Below are positions 18,261-28,619 of a stretch of 64,000 nucleotides of DNA, in pieces. The stretch is taken from assembly GCA_021845575.1 (NCBI GenBank), contig JAJZVQ010000001.1, forward strand, positions 22,172-86,171, in the 5' to 3' direction. Source of the stretch: Candidatus Micrarchaeota archaeon (GTDB lineage Archaea; Micrarchaeota; Micrarchaeia; Micrarchaeales; Micrarchaeaceae). The notes under the pieces were generated by a model. The model worked only from the letters and a program-made list of their open reading frames with translations. It was not told the DNA's origin and ran no database searches. The position numbers and the translations under genes are program-made. Positions within the stretch are counted from its first letter, which is position 1; each line of letters begins with the position of its first letter.

Positions 18261-19019
18261 CTATATCATATATTTTCCCAATATGAACGCAATATTAAAC
18301 ACGAATATTCCTATGCAAGCCTGCATTATCGCATTGCTTATTTTGAGTTCGGTATTCGATTTTTGGTATATGTTTGTTGCAAGATTTATCACGAAAAGAT
18401 AAACCATTATCAGTATCGAGAATGGGAATAAATCGGATGAAGCGCCGCTCACGATATTGAGGCCGATTATGTTTTTTCCTATCCCCGCAAATATCGGGAA
18501 GAATATCATGCTCCCGGATTTTAATACCGCGTCGGAATTGGCGATGTTGCCTACATGTTTCATCCTGAGCTCGTTCGAATACCTGTATTTATCAAGCAGC
18601 TTTGAAATGGTTTTATCTGAAGGAATTCCTTTGTTGAGCGTCTCGGTTATAACCCACATGGTTTCGGTCAAACAGTTCGATTTATAGGGAATTTTGGCTA
18701 TATCGCAACTTGCATACGGTGAATAGAGATATTTCTCGACAATTGCCCCGACTTCCTTATGAAAAATATAATTTTCCTTCAATGATTTTAATACCCTCTT
18801 TGAAAATGGTTTTATGTTCGAATTCTTTGCGATGCCCTCTAAAAATGAGAGCGCATCTTCTTCCACTTTTGAGTATTTCTGTATTTCTTTTCTAACGTAA
18901 AGAAAAAAAAGCGCAGCCGCAATGCACGTTATCGCCGAATAATACACAATATTATAAAATGATAACGCCAAACCCGCAATGAACAGCACATTTACGGGTA
19001 TTAACAAAAGATTATTCAT
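18261..19019 (-). CDS. pilus assembly platform membrane protein (TadB/TadC / EpdJ/K-like), second of two
   Basis: N-terminal and C-terminal TM clusters flank a soluble helical domain. The ATG at 19019 overlaps the upstream stop (ATGAATAA). Call rests on context next to the ATPase. Confidence 0.5.
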   Translation of the reverse strand: MNNLLLIPVNVLFIAGLALSFYNIVYYSAITCIAAALFFLYVRKEIQKYSKVEEDALSFLEGIAKNSNIKPFSKRVLKSLKENYIFHKEVGAIVEKYLYSPYASCDIAKIPYKSNCLTETMWVITETLNKGIPSDKTISKLLDKYRYSNELRMKHVGNIANSDAVLKSGSMIFFPIFAGIGKNIIGLNIVSGASSDLFPFSILIMVYLFVINLATNIYQKSNTELKISNAIMQACIGIFVFNIAFILGKYMI

Positions 19020-19509
19020 AGATACCACGAATTTTTCTCTCGACAATGTATAACGATACGGGCAGCACTGCCAGCAGGATAATGCCTAATAATGGAAGAA
19101 ATGCAGGCCCATACATTATGGAATATCCTATAAAACCAAAAAGCACCAATGATGGGACTACTGTAGTGATAACAGTAGCCAATGTGGCATATTTTTGAAG
19201 TGCGCCGAAACCAGTTTCAAGCCTCATCCTGTACGCCCATTCGATCTCTTTGTATACCGATTCTATAACCTCTTTTAGCTCCAATCCGCGGCAAGCCAGA
19301 TGCGAAAATTCCGCGAGTTCCATGTTGAATGCGGCATTTATGTCGCTTCCTAGTCTGATTCTCGAACTTGCCCTGCCGAATGCGCCAATAAAAATGGTTT
19401 TATCACTTTCAAATAGGGATAGCGAATTGTTTATACTGGCAAATGTGGCATTTTCCATCGCAAGATTGAAATGGAGGATTTCGAGAAATAACCTGTCTTT
19501 GTTATCCAA
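19012..19509 (-). CDS. pilus assembly platform membrane protein (TadB/TadC / EpdJ/K-like), first of two
   Basis: 165 aa: a soluble helical N-terminal domain followed by 2-3 TM helices. It abuts the ATPase stop (19510). Confidence 0.5.
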   Translation of the reverse strand: MDNKDRLFLEILHFNLAMENATFASINNSLSLFESDKTIFIGAFGRASSRIRLGSDINAAFNMELAEFSHLACRGLELKEVIESVYKEIEWAYRMRLETGFGALQKYATLATVITTVVPSLVLFGFIGYSIMYGPAFLPLLGIILLAVLPVSLYIVERKIRGIYE

Positions 19510-21006
19510 CTAAACACCATAATTGCGTATGTATTCTGTTTCATCAACTTGATTTTCTTTCAAAAAATCAAGGTACTTTGCTTTGCTTTCCAATTCCTCT
19601 ATCGCATCTTTTACGGATATCGTATTTATCATCGCATATCTGCCCATAATCTTTGATTTTTTTAGGATGCCCGTGTTCAGTCTGCCATTCTCGATGATAT
19701 TCACCACCTTGTACCTTCTATTTTCCGCATCGGCAATACCTACCTCGTTATTCACCACCCATTCATATTCAGAAACCTTTTCGATTATCCTCCTCGACTG
19801 TTCCTTTTTCATAAAAATTGCTATGTCGAGCGCGGATATTGTGTGAGGTTCCACGCTCATAGGCCTTGAAGATAACCTTGATATCAGGGATTTTTCGTCG
19901 ATATTACTATGCAACGTAGTCATAAATGGCACCCCAAGATTCCCTGCGGAAAAAACGTCTTTTGTTTCCTCGCCCCTCAATTCGCCTATTATCAACCTAT
20001 CCGGCCTTAGATGCAGCGCATTAACTACCTGGTCTTTTAAAACTGCCTTGCTATTGGAAGAGCTCTGGATATTGACGGCATTTATGAAATTACTCCCGAA
20101 TTTGAGTTCGTTTGCCTCCTCTTCGATTACTATTACGCGTTGGAAAGCCGGTATGAAGGAGCTTGCCGCCAAAAGCAGAGAGGTCTTTCCTGAAGCCGGA
20201 GCACCGACCACCATTATATTCGCATCTGCTTCGATTGCATGCCAGAAAAAAGCCAATACCTCCGCATCTATTCCCTTGTTGAGCAATTTTTTTATGCTTA
20301 TCTTATTCTCATTATTCAGTCTTATCGATACAACCGCACCATTTGCTGCAAACGGCTTTATCTGCGCATGGACCCTCGAACCGTCATAAAGCTGCGCTTC
20401 CACTATCGGGGTTTCGGAGCTTATTTCCTTATCCGACTCGTTTATCAGTTTATTGAGCATAAATCTTAGATTTGTCCCGTTCTTAAAGCACATATTGGTT
20501 TTGCAGAACCCAAGTTCAGAATGATAAAGCGTGATGTTTGATTCGGCCTTGTTTATCATTATCTCCTCAATGTTCTTCGAATCCTCAAGAAGAATGCTGA
20601 ATGGTCCTGAACCATGCGTATCATGGGCTGCAAGGTACGCGATTAGTTCGCAGTTATTTTGGCAGTTGCATGCATTGAGCATTTCAATAGCTGAGTTATA
20701 CGCCTTTTTTATGCCTTCTCCGGAATCCCGCACCTCCCAATTTTCCTTGATGCTTTTGTTTATAATATCTCCCTTTACCCTTTCAAGCATGCTATTTTCG
20801 TATGCGCTCAGCATGCTTCCCACGGAATAAATGTTTTGCCCTTTCGCGCGGCCTATTTTCCTGAAATTGCCTTCCGCGGAAATATCCTCCGGCATGTCGT
20901 TTGAGATGCGGAAACTGAGAGGTATCGCATTTCCAATATCGGTTTTTTGTACCGCACTGAAAATAGATCTAGAAAAGGTTTTCAATGAATAGATTGCATC
21001 AAACAT
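19510..21006 (-). CDS. type II/IV secretion-family ATPase (FlaI/VirB11/TadA-like pilus assembly ATPase)
   Basis: Walker A VGAPASGKTSLL, VIVIEEEANEL, RPDRLIIGELRGEE, TTLHSN. Confidence 0.85.
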   Translation of the reverse strand: MFDAIYSLKTFSRSIFSAVQKTDIGNAIPLSFRISNDMPEDISAEGNFRKIGRAKGQNIYSVGSMLSAYENSMLERVKGDIINKSIKENWEVRDSGEGIKKAYNSAIEMLNACNCQNNCELIAYLAAHDTHGSGPFSILLEDSKNIEEIMINKAESNITLYHSELGFCKTNMCFKNGTNLRFMLNKLINESDKEISSETPIVEAQLYDGSRVHAQIKPFAANGAVVSIRLNNENKISIKKLLNKGIDAEVLAFFWHAIEADANIMVVGAPASGKTSLLLAASSFIPAFQRVIVIEEEANELKFGSNFINAVNIQSSSNSKAVLKDQVVNALHLRPDRLIIGELRGEETKDVFSAGNLGVPFMTTLHSNIDEKSLISRLSSRPMSVEPHTISALDIAIFMKKEQSRRIIEKVSEYEWVVNNEVGIADAENRRYKVVNIIENGRLNTGILKKSKIMGRYAMINTISVKDAIEELESKAKYLDFLKENQVDETEYIRNYGV

Positions 21007-21178
21007 ATTAAATCAACCATACTTAAGTCAACTAATATATAGTAAAGTAAAATATTTATACTTTGCTATAATATTAAAAAAAAGAAAAATGCGATTTTTA
21101 ATGGTTGCAATTTTTTATTATAGTAAACATAATGATATAATAGAAAGGTTTTTAAATATTGATATAGAAATATTGACT

Positions 21179-21514
21179 ATGGTAAAATTAGAAACACAAC
21201 AGAAAGAAAAGGACGAAATATGGGCTTTGAGAAAAGCGCTTAGCAGGCCTAACTTTGCGGTAATGGACCTTCTGCTTAAGAAATCTCCTAGAACAACGAG
21301 AGAGATATACTTAATACTCGAAAAAAAGTTCACGCGAAAGACGCTTATACTGACTTTAAGAGAATTATCCTTGGAACTGAATATAATACAGCCAACACAT
21401 CTGAGGACAGAGAAGGGTTATGGCTTAGGTTATAAGCTCAACCCAAAAATGAAGGAAGTGGTAAAGTCCATATATAAACTGTCTAAGATTATAGATGGAG
21501 TAATCAAGGAATAG
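21179..21514 (+). CDS. winged-helix (ArsR-like) transcription regulator, divergent from the pilus operon
   Basis: ALSRPNFAVMDLLLKKSPRTTREIYLILEKKFTRKTLILTLRELS. Start taken at MVKLETQQ inside track ORF 21089-21514. Confidence 0.55.
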   Translation: MVKLETQQKEKDEIWALRKALSRPNFAVMDLLLKKSPRTTREIYLILEKKFTRKTLILTLRELSLELNIIQPTHLRTEKGYGLGYKLNPKMKEVVKSIYKLSKIIDGVIKE

Positions 21515-21519
21515 TCCAT

Positions 21520-23286
21520 TTACTTTATTCCGACCTTCTTTTGTTGCTTGAATATCTCTATTATTTCTTCGGTTGAAGTCGCATCCTCCGGATTTTTATC
21601 CTTTCTGATGAAACCGTCGCCCACAATTCTTGGAAACCTTAGTGCATATCCTTCATCGATTCCTAATTCATTTTTTTCCCTGCCGCATGTGTGCGTCGGA
21701 GATTTTGTTATCTCGTCAGCCATGACCTCGATGACATAACGCGGATCCACCCAAAAATCCGGCTTCAATACCGAATCGACCCTGGCAGGCTTATGCTTGA
21801 CAATTATTTTGTCCAATAATGCCTTAAAATCTCCCATATGCTCTTCTGTAAATCCGGTGCCTATCTTTGATATGGTCTCAAACATGTCTCTTTTTTTGTT
21901 GTAAACTGCGCACAAAAGCCCGCCAAATCCGAATTCCGACCTGCTGCCCTTCCCCAGGAAATACCCAACTATAACCAAATCAACAGTGTCTGAAAGTATG
22001 CCTTTATAACTTCTTTTCATTTTTATCCAGCTGAATTTTCTTGCTCCGGCAACATACGGCGCATTAAGATCCTTGGCGACTATTCCCTCCAATCCGTTTT
22101 CTATCGAACTTTCAAAAAATTCCTCGAACTCTTTGGGGTCAGAGGTCACAATCCTATTTGTAGGAGTTATGCTTTTAGATCCTTTTATCGCATCTTCAAG
22201 ATCCGCCCTTCTAGTTTCATAAGGCTCTTTTATATAACTCTTCCCGTTAATGTACAAGAGATCAAAAGCGAACAAATGAAGTGGCATCTCCTCGACCTTT
22301 TCTTTTATGCCGTGCTTCCTTTTCCTTTGTATTGTTTCCTGAAATGGCAGGAATTCCCCTGTCGATTCATTAAACGCAAGAGCTTCTCCCTCAAGTATAA
22401 TCATTTCTGGCTTTATATTGAGGGCAGCTTTTTGAATATCAGGGAACATGTTTGTCGTTTCTTCAAGATTTCTTGAATATATCTTAACAATCCCTCCCTT
22501 TTTATGAATCTGGCACCTGAATCCGTCATACTTCTGTTCTACCGCACACTTCCCATTCATCTTTTTAATAATTTCTTCAGGCGTCGGGAGCCTTTCCGCT
22601 AGCGCCGGCCTTATCGGCTTGAATAATGAGACTTGAAAATTTCTTATTTTATCCATTCCGTTCAAAGCCAGCTCCTCGGCTATAACCCCAAGGTCGCTAC
22701 ATAGATTATAGGCACTCTCAAGCGTTTCTTTCTCGTTTCTGCTGCCTGTAAATGCAAGCGAAAGGGCTTCTATGATGGTCGAATCGCCGACACCTAACCT
22801 GAGCTGGCCTATTGGGTACCTTGCAATGTATTTTGCTTCTAAAGGGGATGATGAGGCAAGAATTTCACTCAGAAATCTTACTTTGAGGTTCTTGCTTCCT
22901 GCACCGGATGTCGAGGCAATCTTGTACATCGTATCATAAACATCAGACACGCTTTGCCTTTTGTTTGCCATTTTTTTTAGCTTTGCCACTTTTTTAAACG
23001 AAAACACGGCTTCTCCGATATCCCCGTATTTTTTGTAACTTTTTTCAACGTCTTCCTTGCTGTAGCCTGTTGCTATGCCTATTGCCTCTTCCAGGATGCG
23101 CTCCGCAACTCCAAATTCAATCCCTTCAAAAGGAGGCAGCAACACGCCCTGTGTCATATAAACCAATTTCTTTATTTCACTGCCACTACTTTTCTTTAAA
23201 AGTTCTGATAAAATTTCAATCATTACCAGCCTTGATGATACGGATTCAAGTTTTGCGTAACATTCGGCTACCTCTTCAAAAAGCAT
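21520..23286 (-). CDS. lig: ATP-dependent DNA ligase
   Basis: Adenylation motif EQKYDGFRCQIH, EGEALAF, LFAFDLLY, EGIVAK and the C-terminal OB-fold region. 588 aa. Confidence 0.9.
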   Translation of the reverse strand: MLFEEVAECYAKLESVSSRLVMIEILSELLKKSSGSEIKKLVYMTQGVLLPPFEGIEFGVAERILEEAIGIATGYSKEDVEKSYKKYGDIGEAVFSFKKVAKLKKMANKRQSVSDVYDTMYKIASTSGAGSKNLKVRFLSEILASSSPLEAKYIARYPIGQLRLGVGDSTIIEALSLAFTGSRNEKETLESAYNLCSDLGVIAEELALNGMDKIRNFQVSLFKPIRPALAERLPTPEEIIKKMNGKCAVEQKYDGFRCQIHKKGGIVKIYSRNLEETTNMFPDIQKAALNIKPEMIILEGEALAFNESTGEFLPFQETIQRKRKHGIKEKVEEMPLHLFAFDLLYINGKSYIKEPYETRRADLEDAIKGSKSITPTNRIVTSDPKEFEEFFESSIENGLEGIVAKDLNAPYVAGARKFSWIKMKRSYKGILSDTVDLVIVGYFLGKGSRSEFGFGGLLCAVYNKKRDMFETISKIGTGFTEEHMGDFKALLDKIIVKHKPARVDSVLKPDFWVDPRYVIEVMADEITKSPTHTCGREKNELGIDEGYALRFPRIVGDGFIRKDKNPEDATSTEEIIEIFKQQKKVGIK

Positions 23287-23416
23287 TATACCATCAGATG
23301 AAATTTATAAACGATATTGGAGTGCTTGACTTTTGATTTCCGGCATCCTCTTCAATTGAATTCGTGAACTTTCTGCTATTCAATTAAATATAACAAATTC
23401 AGAAATATTGGGACCT

Positions 23417-26400
23417 TTATCTGATCGGGCATGTCGGTTGCGAGGCATTAATCCAATTACAATTCAGGTTGTTGGTGCAGTTATTGCTTCCGTAATCCAG
23501 ATTCGAATTTTTGTTTTGCGAACTTCCGCTGCATATAAAACCACGAATCCCGAAGAAATTATTGTTCTTAAACGAGTCCGAAGTGGAATTGATTAACAAA
23601 ATTCCAGCTGATGCATTGCTATACGATGCGATATTATTTTGTATTTCGCTATTGCTCACATTGTTGAGTATATATCCATTAACGCCCGAAGTTATATTAT
23701 TATAAAGGATAGTCCCATAACTGTTTCTTATGTCAAATCCGTAATACGGCGACAGGACTTTATTTCCGGATACATCTATATTCGAGGAATTCGAATTCAG
23801 TGCACTGGTGGTCGCCTTCGAGGAATTTATGTAGATGGTATTGTTTAGTATTTTAACTGATGAATTCTGGACTATTATGGGTGCAGTAAACCCTTTTAAA
23901 TAGCACCTGCTCAATTCGGAATTTTGCGAATTCTTGAATAACGCAAATGTTCCTCCGTTAGTTGCTATGATAGTGTGATTATTGCAGTTGATTTGGGTGT
24001 TCTTGGAATAGACTCCAAAACATAAGGATCCATATTGGTATAAATAATCGGAAGTGAGGGTATAAATTGACGGAGTTGTAGAAATGCCACATGCGATATA
24101 CTCTGATGATGGGGAAAGAGCAGCAAGCCAATGGCAGCCCGATTTAGTCACTCCATAATTCGTTCCGTTTTGTTCCGCATTAATCCCTGAATTCTCTTCA
24201 CTGCAATTATAATCAACCAAATTTGAATTCACAAGGTTACCTCCTACAGTATTATTATTGGAGCTTCCGTTTATGTAAATTCCAGTAGAGGTCGATTCTA
24301 CCTTATTGTCCAAAACAGAATTACGAGTCGAATTAAGCAAGTATATCGCTATATTATTAAGCCCATAGCTTAAAGAGTTATTTTTTACATTGGTATCGAT
24401 TGTATTGCTCAGATATATCCCAAAACGTGAAGCAAATTCAATGCTATTGTTTAAAATCACGGAAGAATTTAGATTGCTTGCGTTTATTCCGTAATGCGAA
24501 TTACTTATTGTATTGTTTAGTAAGCTTACATCATTCGAGTTGCCTGCATATATCCCTGAATTAAATCCATTGATATCACATCTATTGACAGAAACATTGC
24601 TCCTATTATTTATGTAAATTGCCTGGGCGATGTTTCCAGGTGCTCCTGATATCGAAAGGTTATTGCAGCTGAATACCACATTATTTGAATTAATACTTAT
24701 ACATCTGCCGCCCACTTCAACGATGTTATTCGTGAGTTTGTAATCGCCAGGTTTGTTTATTGTTTTACACGAAATAACAGGGAAATATAATAAATTAGGT
24801 GAGATATACTGATTGCAGTGCGCCCATAATGCGTCGCTTACACCGCAGGCCGTTCTTCCGAGAAAGTTTGCGGACTGGTTTGCGGATTCAGGGGTTGCAT
24901 ATATATCAACTTTGGAATTATTAAATGCATATCCGTTGGTAAATGAATTGCCGAACGAGTTATTTATATATAATCCGAATGTATTATTCTTTAGATTGAA
25001 CCTGTTTATAGTCGAAGAAACGCCATTTGAAATGTATACACCGTATTGGTTATCTGTCGCATTAATATAATTTATTGATCCTGCACTTGAATTATCTAGA
25101 TTCAGACCTTTGTAGGAGTTATTGTATAACTTTATATTGGACAAATTATACGGAGTGACGCCTTCAAAGCTTATGCCTATTTTTGAATCCCCAACATTGC
25201 AATTCTTTATACTGACATTGCTTACATTTTTTGCCTCTATTGCAGTATTGGTATTGTATACCTTGAAATTATTGCAGTTCAGACCGACATTGCTTGCATT
25301 TATGTATATACACGGAGTGTATGCATAACTCAAGTTTACAAAATTTGACATGTTTATGTTTTTATAAAGATAATAATTTCCTGATTTTCCTATAGTCCCG
25401 CAGCTGCTTATTCTGCTCCCTAATCTAACTGTTGTAACATTTGTAGGGATATTGATCCCTTTGCATTCGACAAAGTTGCAACCGGTATTGTTGTAGCAGT
25501 CATTTCCAATGGCAGAATTATTATTTCTTATGCCATCCGCAGCGCTGCAATAAAAAGAAATTGGGGTGGACGATACTGTATTGTTTATAAATGAATTTGC
25601 TGTCGAATTTATTATAAACCCATATTCTGCATTGAACAGTATAAAATTGTTTATTAATTTGTTTTCTGTTGAATTATTTAATAATGATACGGCACCGCCA
25701 AAACTTTCTGATTTAGAAATATAATTATTAAGTATATTATTGTATTTCGAATTATTCAGCCTTATGTTTGATATATAATTATTTGACACATTGCTGTTGG
25801 TAATAGATGTGTTGGTGCTCGATCTTTCAAACACCCCAAATGAAAAATACCCTATGTTGCACTTATTTATGGATACGTTATTCACTTTATTCAATAATAT
25901 TCCATATGTAAATGGAGGTACGTCCACATAAGGTCCTGAGCCTTTAATGTAACTCTTGTTGCATTCGATTTGGACATTGTTTGAATTTATTTCTATGCAA
26001 CTGCTATTTTTACTTGGCGTTATGTTTCCTGAAAGATAATAAGTTCCGCTGCTATTTATTACACCACATGAACTTATTTTACCTAATTTTATTCCTGAAA
26101 TTGTTGTCGTGCTGACTGTCCCATTTTGATGTACTGTTATGGTTGTTGAGGTGGTCTGAGTTCGTGAAGTCGAAAAAACTGCAAATGATGCAATAAGTGC
26201 AATAACAATAACTATAATTACCGAAATTGTTCTATTAAAATGCTTAGGCCCTTTTATTTTTTCTAATTTTTGCGGCTGCTGCGGATTATTATTCTGTGCA
26301 CTTATATTGTTTTCTACTGGACTAGGTTGCTCTGCGGCAGTCTGTATAATCGGAGGAGGAGGGAGAATTTCATTGGTCGAGTTAACATCATTAGTTGAGT

Positions 26401-26524
26401 TAGCGGATTGGTTTACCTCGTTTTGATCTCCTAATTTTTCATTCTGATCCGCCGATACGTTGATTTGGTTATTTTTAACTCCGTTGTCTTGATTATCGCT
26501 ATCATTATTTTGATCAACCATCAA
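23417..26524 (-). CDS. giant cell-surface protein with right-handed parallel beta-helix (PbH1-like) repeats
   Basis: 1035 aa. An N/Q/D-rich ~100-aa N-terminus is followed by one TM (IIVIVIALIASFAVF), a T/S-rich stalk, and dozens of ~22-aa N-x-x-[IV]-x-N-N repeats with many NxS/T sequons. Confidence 0.7.
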   Translation of the reverse strand: MMVDQNNDSDNQDNGVKNNQINVSADQNEKLGDQNEVNQSANSTNDVNSTNEILPPPPIIQTAAEQPSPVENNISAQNNNPQQPQKLEKIKGPKHFNRTISVIIVIVIALIASFAVFSTSRTQTTSTTITVHQNGTVSTTTISGIKLGKISSCGVINSSGTYYLSGNITPSKNSSCIEINSNNVQIECNKSYIKGSGPYVDVPPFTYGILLNKVNNVSINKCNIGYFSFGVFERSSTNTSITNSNVSNNYISNIRLNNSKYNNILNNYISKSESFGGAVSLLNNSTENKLINNFILFNAEYGFIINSTANSFINNTVSSTPISFYCSAADGIRNNNSAIGNDCYNNTGCNFVECKGINIPTNVTTVRLGSRISSCGTIGKSGNYYLYKNINMSNFVNLSYAYTPCIYINASNVGLNCNNFKVYNTNTAIEAKNVSNVSIKNCNVGDSKIGISFEGVTPYNLSNIKLYNNSYKGLNLDNSSAGSINYINATDNQYGVYISNGVSSTINRFNLKNNTFGLYINNSFGNSFTNGYAFNNSKVDIYATPESANQSANFLGRTACGVSDALWAHCNQYISPNLLYFPVISCKTINKPGDYKLTNNIVEVGGRCISINSNNVVFSCNNLSISGAPGNIAQAIYINNRSNVSVNRCDINGFNSGIYAGNSNDVSLLNNTISNSHYGINASNLNSSVILNNSIEFASRFGIYLSNTIDTNVKNNSLSYGLNNIAIYLLNSTRNSVLDNKVESTSTGIYINGSSNNNTVGGNLVNSNLVDYNCSEENSGINAEQNGTNYGVTKSGCHWLAALSPSSEYIACGISTTPSIYTLTSDYLYQYGSLCFGVYSKNTQINCNNHTIIATNGGTFALFKNSQNSELSRCYLKGFTAPIIVQNSSVKILNNTIYINSSKATTSALNSNSSNIDVSGNKVLSPYYGFDIRNSYGTILYNNITSGVNGYILNNVSNSEIQNNIASYSNASAGILLINSTSDSFKNNNFFGIRGFICSGSSQNKNSNLDYGSNNCTNNLNCNWINASQPTCPIR

Positions 26525-26835
26525 CTTACCTCTATCAATTTATAGTTTATGGAAATTATATATAAGTACAACCATCATAAACATTAAATCTTATTTTGTA
26601 AAAGAGTATTTATACGTTTCTAAACCCTAAAACGTTTGTATCAACTCCAATATTGTTCTGTATAACTAAAAGATATATAGTTTTGCTTTTTATTTTAATC
26701 TCTTTTATCTAGTGGGCTTTTGGATAAGTAAACCTTTAATTCTTTCGCATATAATAGTCTTATAAATGATATTTATTGTTATGGCCTAATTATAAATTAG
26801 TTTCTTGCCTTTATTTAGTTAGTGAACGTGAGGTT

Positions 26836-27894
26836 ATGGATATAGAGACAAAGATGCAGATTGTAAAATCAGAACCTGTCGAAGAAATAATAACAGAGGA
26901 AGAGATGAAAAATTTATTGGAAATAAACAACAAACCTATACATTATATAGGTCTTGAATTGAGCGGAATCCCCCACATCGGCCACATATTCACCGCAGGC
27001 AAAAAGATAAATGATTTTATTAAATTAGGGATAAAAACGAATGTGCTTCTTGCCGATTGGCACACAATGGCAAATAACAAATTAGGCGGGGATTGGGAAA
27101 AAATAAAAAAACTGTCAAAATTTTATGAGAATCTTTTCAAGGAATTTTGCCCTGGAGTTAATGTTGTATTGGGCTCCGATCTGTATCACAACAATGATGA
27201 ATACTGGAAATTAGTTTTACGAATTTCCATGAGGGTTACGGTTGCAAGAGCCACAAGGACATTGATAATTGAAGGCAGGAACGAGAAAGACAACTTACAT
27301 ACCTCCCAATATATATATCCAATTATGCAGGCTGCGGATATCTCCGCATTAAATGTTGATATAGTGCATGCCGGAATTGACCAAAGAAAAGTTAATGTTT
27401 TAGCAAAGGAAAAATTCAAAGAGATGAATCTGAAGAATATAATCCCAGTACATCACCATCTTATACCTAGCCTTTTAGAACCTCCGAAACTCGATACAGA
27501 TATGGAAAAAGAGGAGATTGTGGCAGCAATGAAAATGAGTAAGTCAAAACCGGGTTCTGCAATATCCATACTGGATACTGAAGAAGAAATAAGAAAATCG
27601 TTGCGGAATGCATGGTGCCCTGAAAGAAAATCCGATGAAAATCCAGTTTTGGAGCTTGTCAGATATGTGATAATGCCCAATCTGAATACTTTTCATATGG
27701 AAAGAAACATAAAATATGGCGGGGATAAGGATTATGAATCTTACGCACAGCTTAAAAATGACTATGATAATGGATTGGTGCATCCGTTAGATTTGAAAAA
27801 TGCTTCTGCCGAAGCCCTTATAAAAATATTTTCTAAAATAAAAAACGCCGTAAAAGACAAGGAAAGAATATTGGATATTATATCCCAAAAATAG
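26836..27894 (+). CDS. tyrS: tyrosine--tRNA ligase
   Basis: HIGH-type motif PHIGH, YPIMQAADI, GIDQRKVNVLAKE (compare archaeal TyrS GMEQRKIHMLARE), KMSKS. Start taken at MDIETKM. Confidence 0.8.
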   Translation: MDIETKMQIVKSEPVEEIITEEEMKNLLEINNKPIHYIGLELSGIPHIGHIFTAGKKINDFIKLGIKTNVLLADWHTMANNKLGGDWEKIKKLSKFYENLFKEFCPGVNVVLGSDLYHNNDEYWKLVLRISMRVTVARATRTLIIEGRNEKDNLHTSQYIYPIMQAADISALNVDIVHAGIDQRKVNVLAKEKFKEMNLKNIIPVHHHLIPSLLEPPKLDTDMEKEEIVAAMKMSKSKPGSAISILDTEEEIRKSLRNAWCPERKSDENPVLELVRYVIMPNLNTFHMERNIKYGGDKDYESYAQLKNDYDNGLVHPLDLKNASAEALIKIFSKIKNAVKDKERILDIISQK

Positions 27895-27932
27895 CTACAA
27901 AACCAAATCGGGTCTATAAAGAATAAAAGAAC

Positions 27933-28595
27933 TCATTTATTCTTCCTCCTTGCGGATACGACAATCATATTATATTCATTTTCATATCCGAGCGCCTGTT
28001 TTAATTGTTCAGGTTCTATCGTTACCATGCTGTCCGAATATGGATCGTTTATATAAAATAAATCCTTGTCATACCCTTTGACTACTACCCAATGCGGAGA
28101 ATCCTCCATATATGAATTTAACATATTTGCATTCACTATAATTATAGGTATATTTCCGTTATCGATATGCTTTTTTATGGAATTTATCGAAGCAGACCCA
28201 TAACTCTCTTTAATATTCAGGCTTTTTGCTTTTTTCTTTATTTCATCAAATGAAGCCTTTAAGGTATCTACGTTTATGCCCTCGTATACTGCGAGCTTCT
28301 TTTCATAACCTTCATCCTTTGCATTGCTTATTATGTGCGGTTTTGCGCCTCTTTTAGCCATTGCGTAAGCCAACCCGTACCTTGAACCATGCCAAACACT
28401 ACCATTTACAGCATCCTGCCATATGGAAAATTCTTCGTTCTTATTACTTTTAAAGTTCTTATTCAGGTATTTTAATACCATAATCGCGCATGCAGCGGAG
28501 CTGGTAAATTCCTCGCTTTGAGGGTAATGAGGGATATCATATATTTTACCATTTTTAACTGCCTTTGTTCTTTTGTTTTTAATAATTTTTGCCAT
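27933..28595 (-). CDS. papain-fold cysteine peptidase, C39-like
   Basis: YPQSEEFTSSAACAIMVLKYL supplies the Gln/Cys pair and SPHWVVVKGYDKDLFYINDP the His/Asp, in the spacing of C39-like domains. Confidence 0.6.
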   Translation of the reverse strand: MAKIIKNKRTKAVKNGKIYDIPHYPQSEEFTSSAACAIMVLKYLNKNFKSNKNEEFSIWQDAVNGSVWHGSRYGLAYAMAKRGAKPHIISNAKDEGYEKKLAVYEGINVDTLKASFDEIKKKAKSLNIKESYGSASINSIKKHIDNGNIPIIIVNANMLNSYMEDSPHWVVVKGYDKDLFYINDPYSDSMVTIEPEQLKQALGYENEYNMIVVSARRKNK

Positions 28596-28619
28596 TTAGT
28601 CACCACAATTAACATAATC

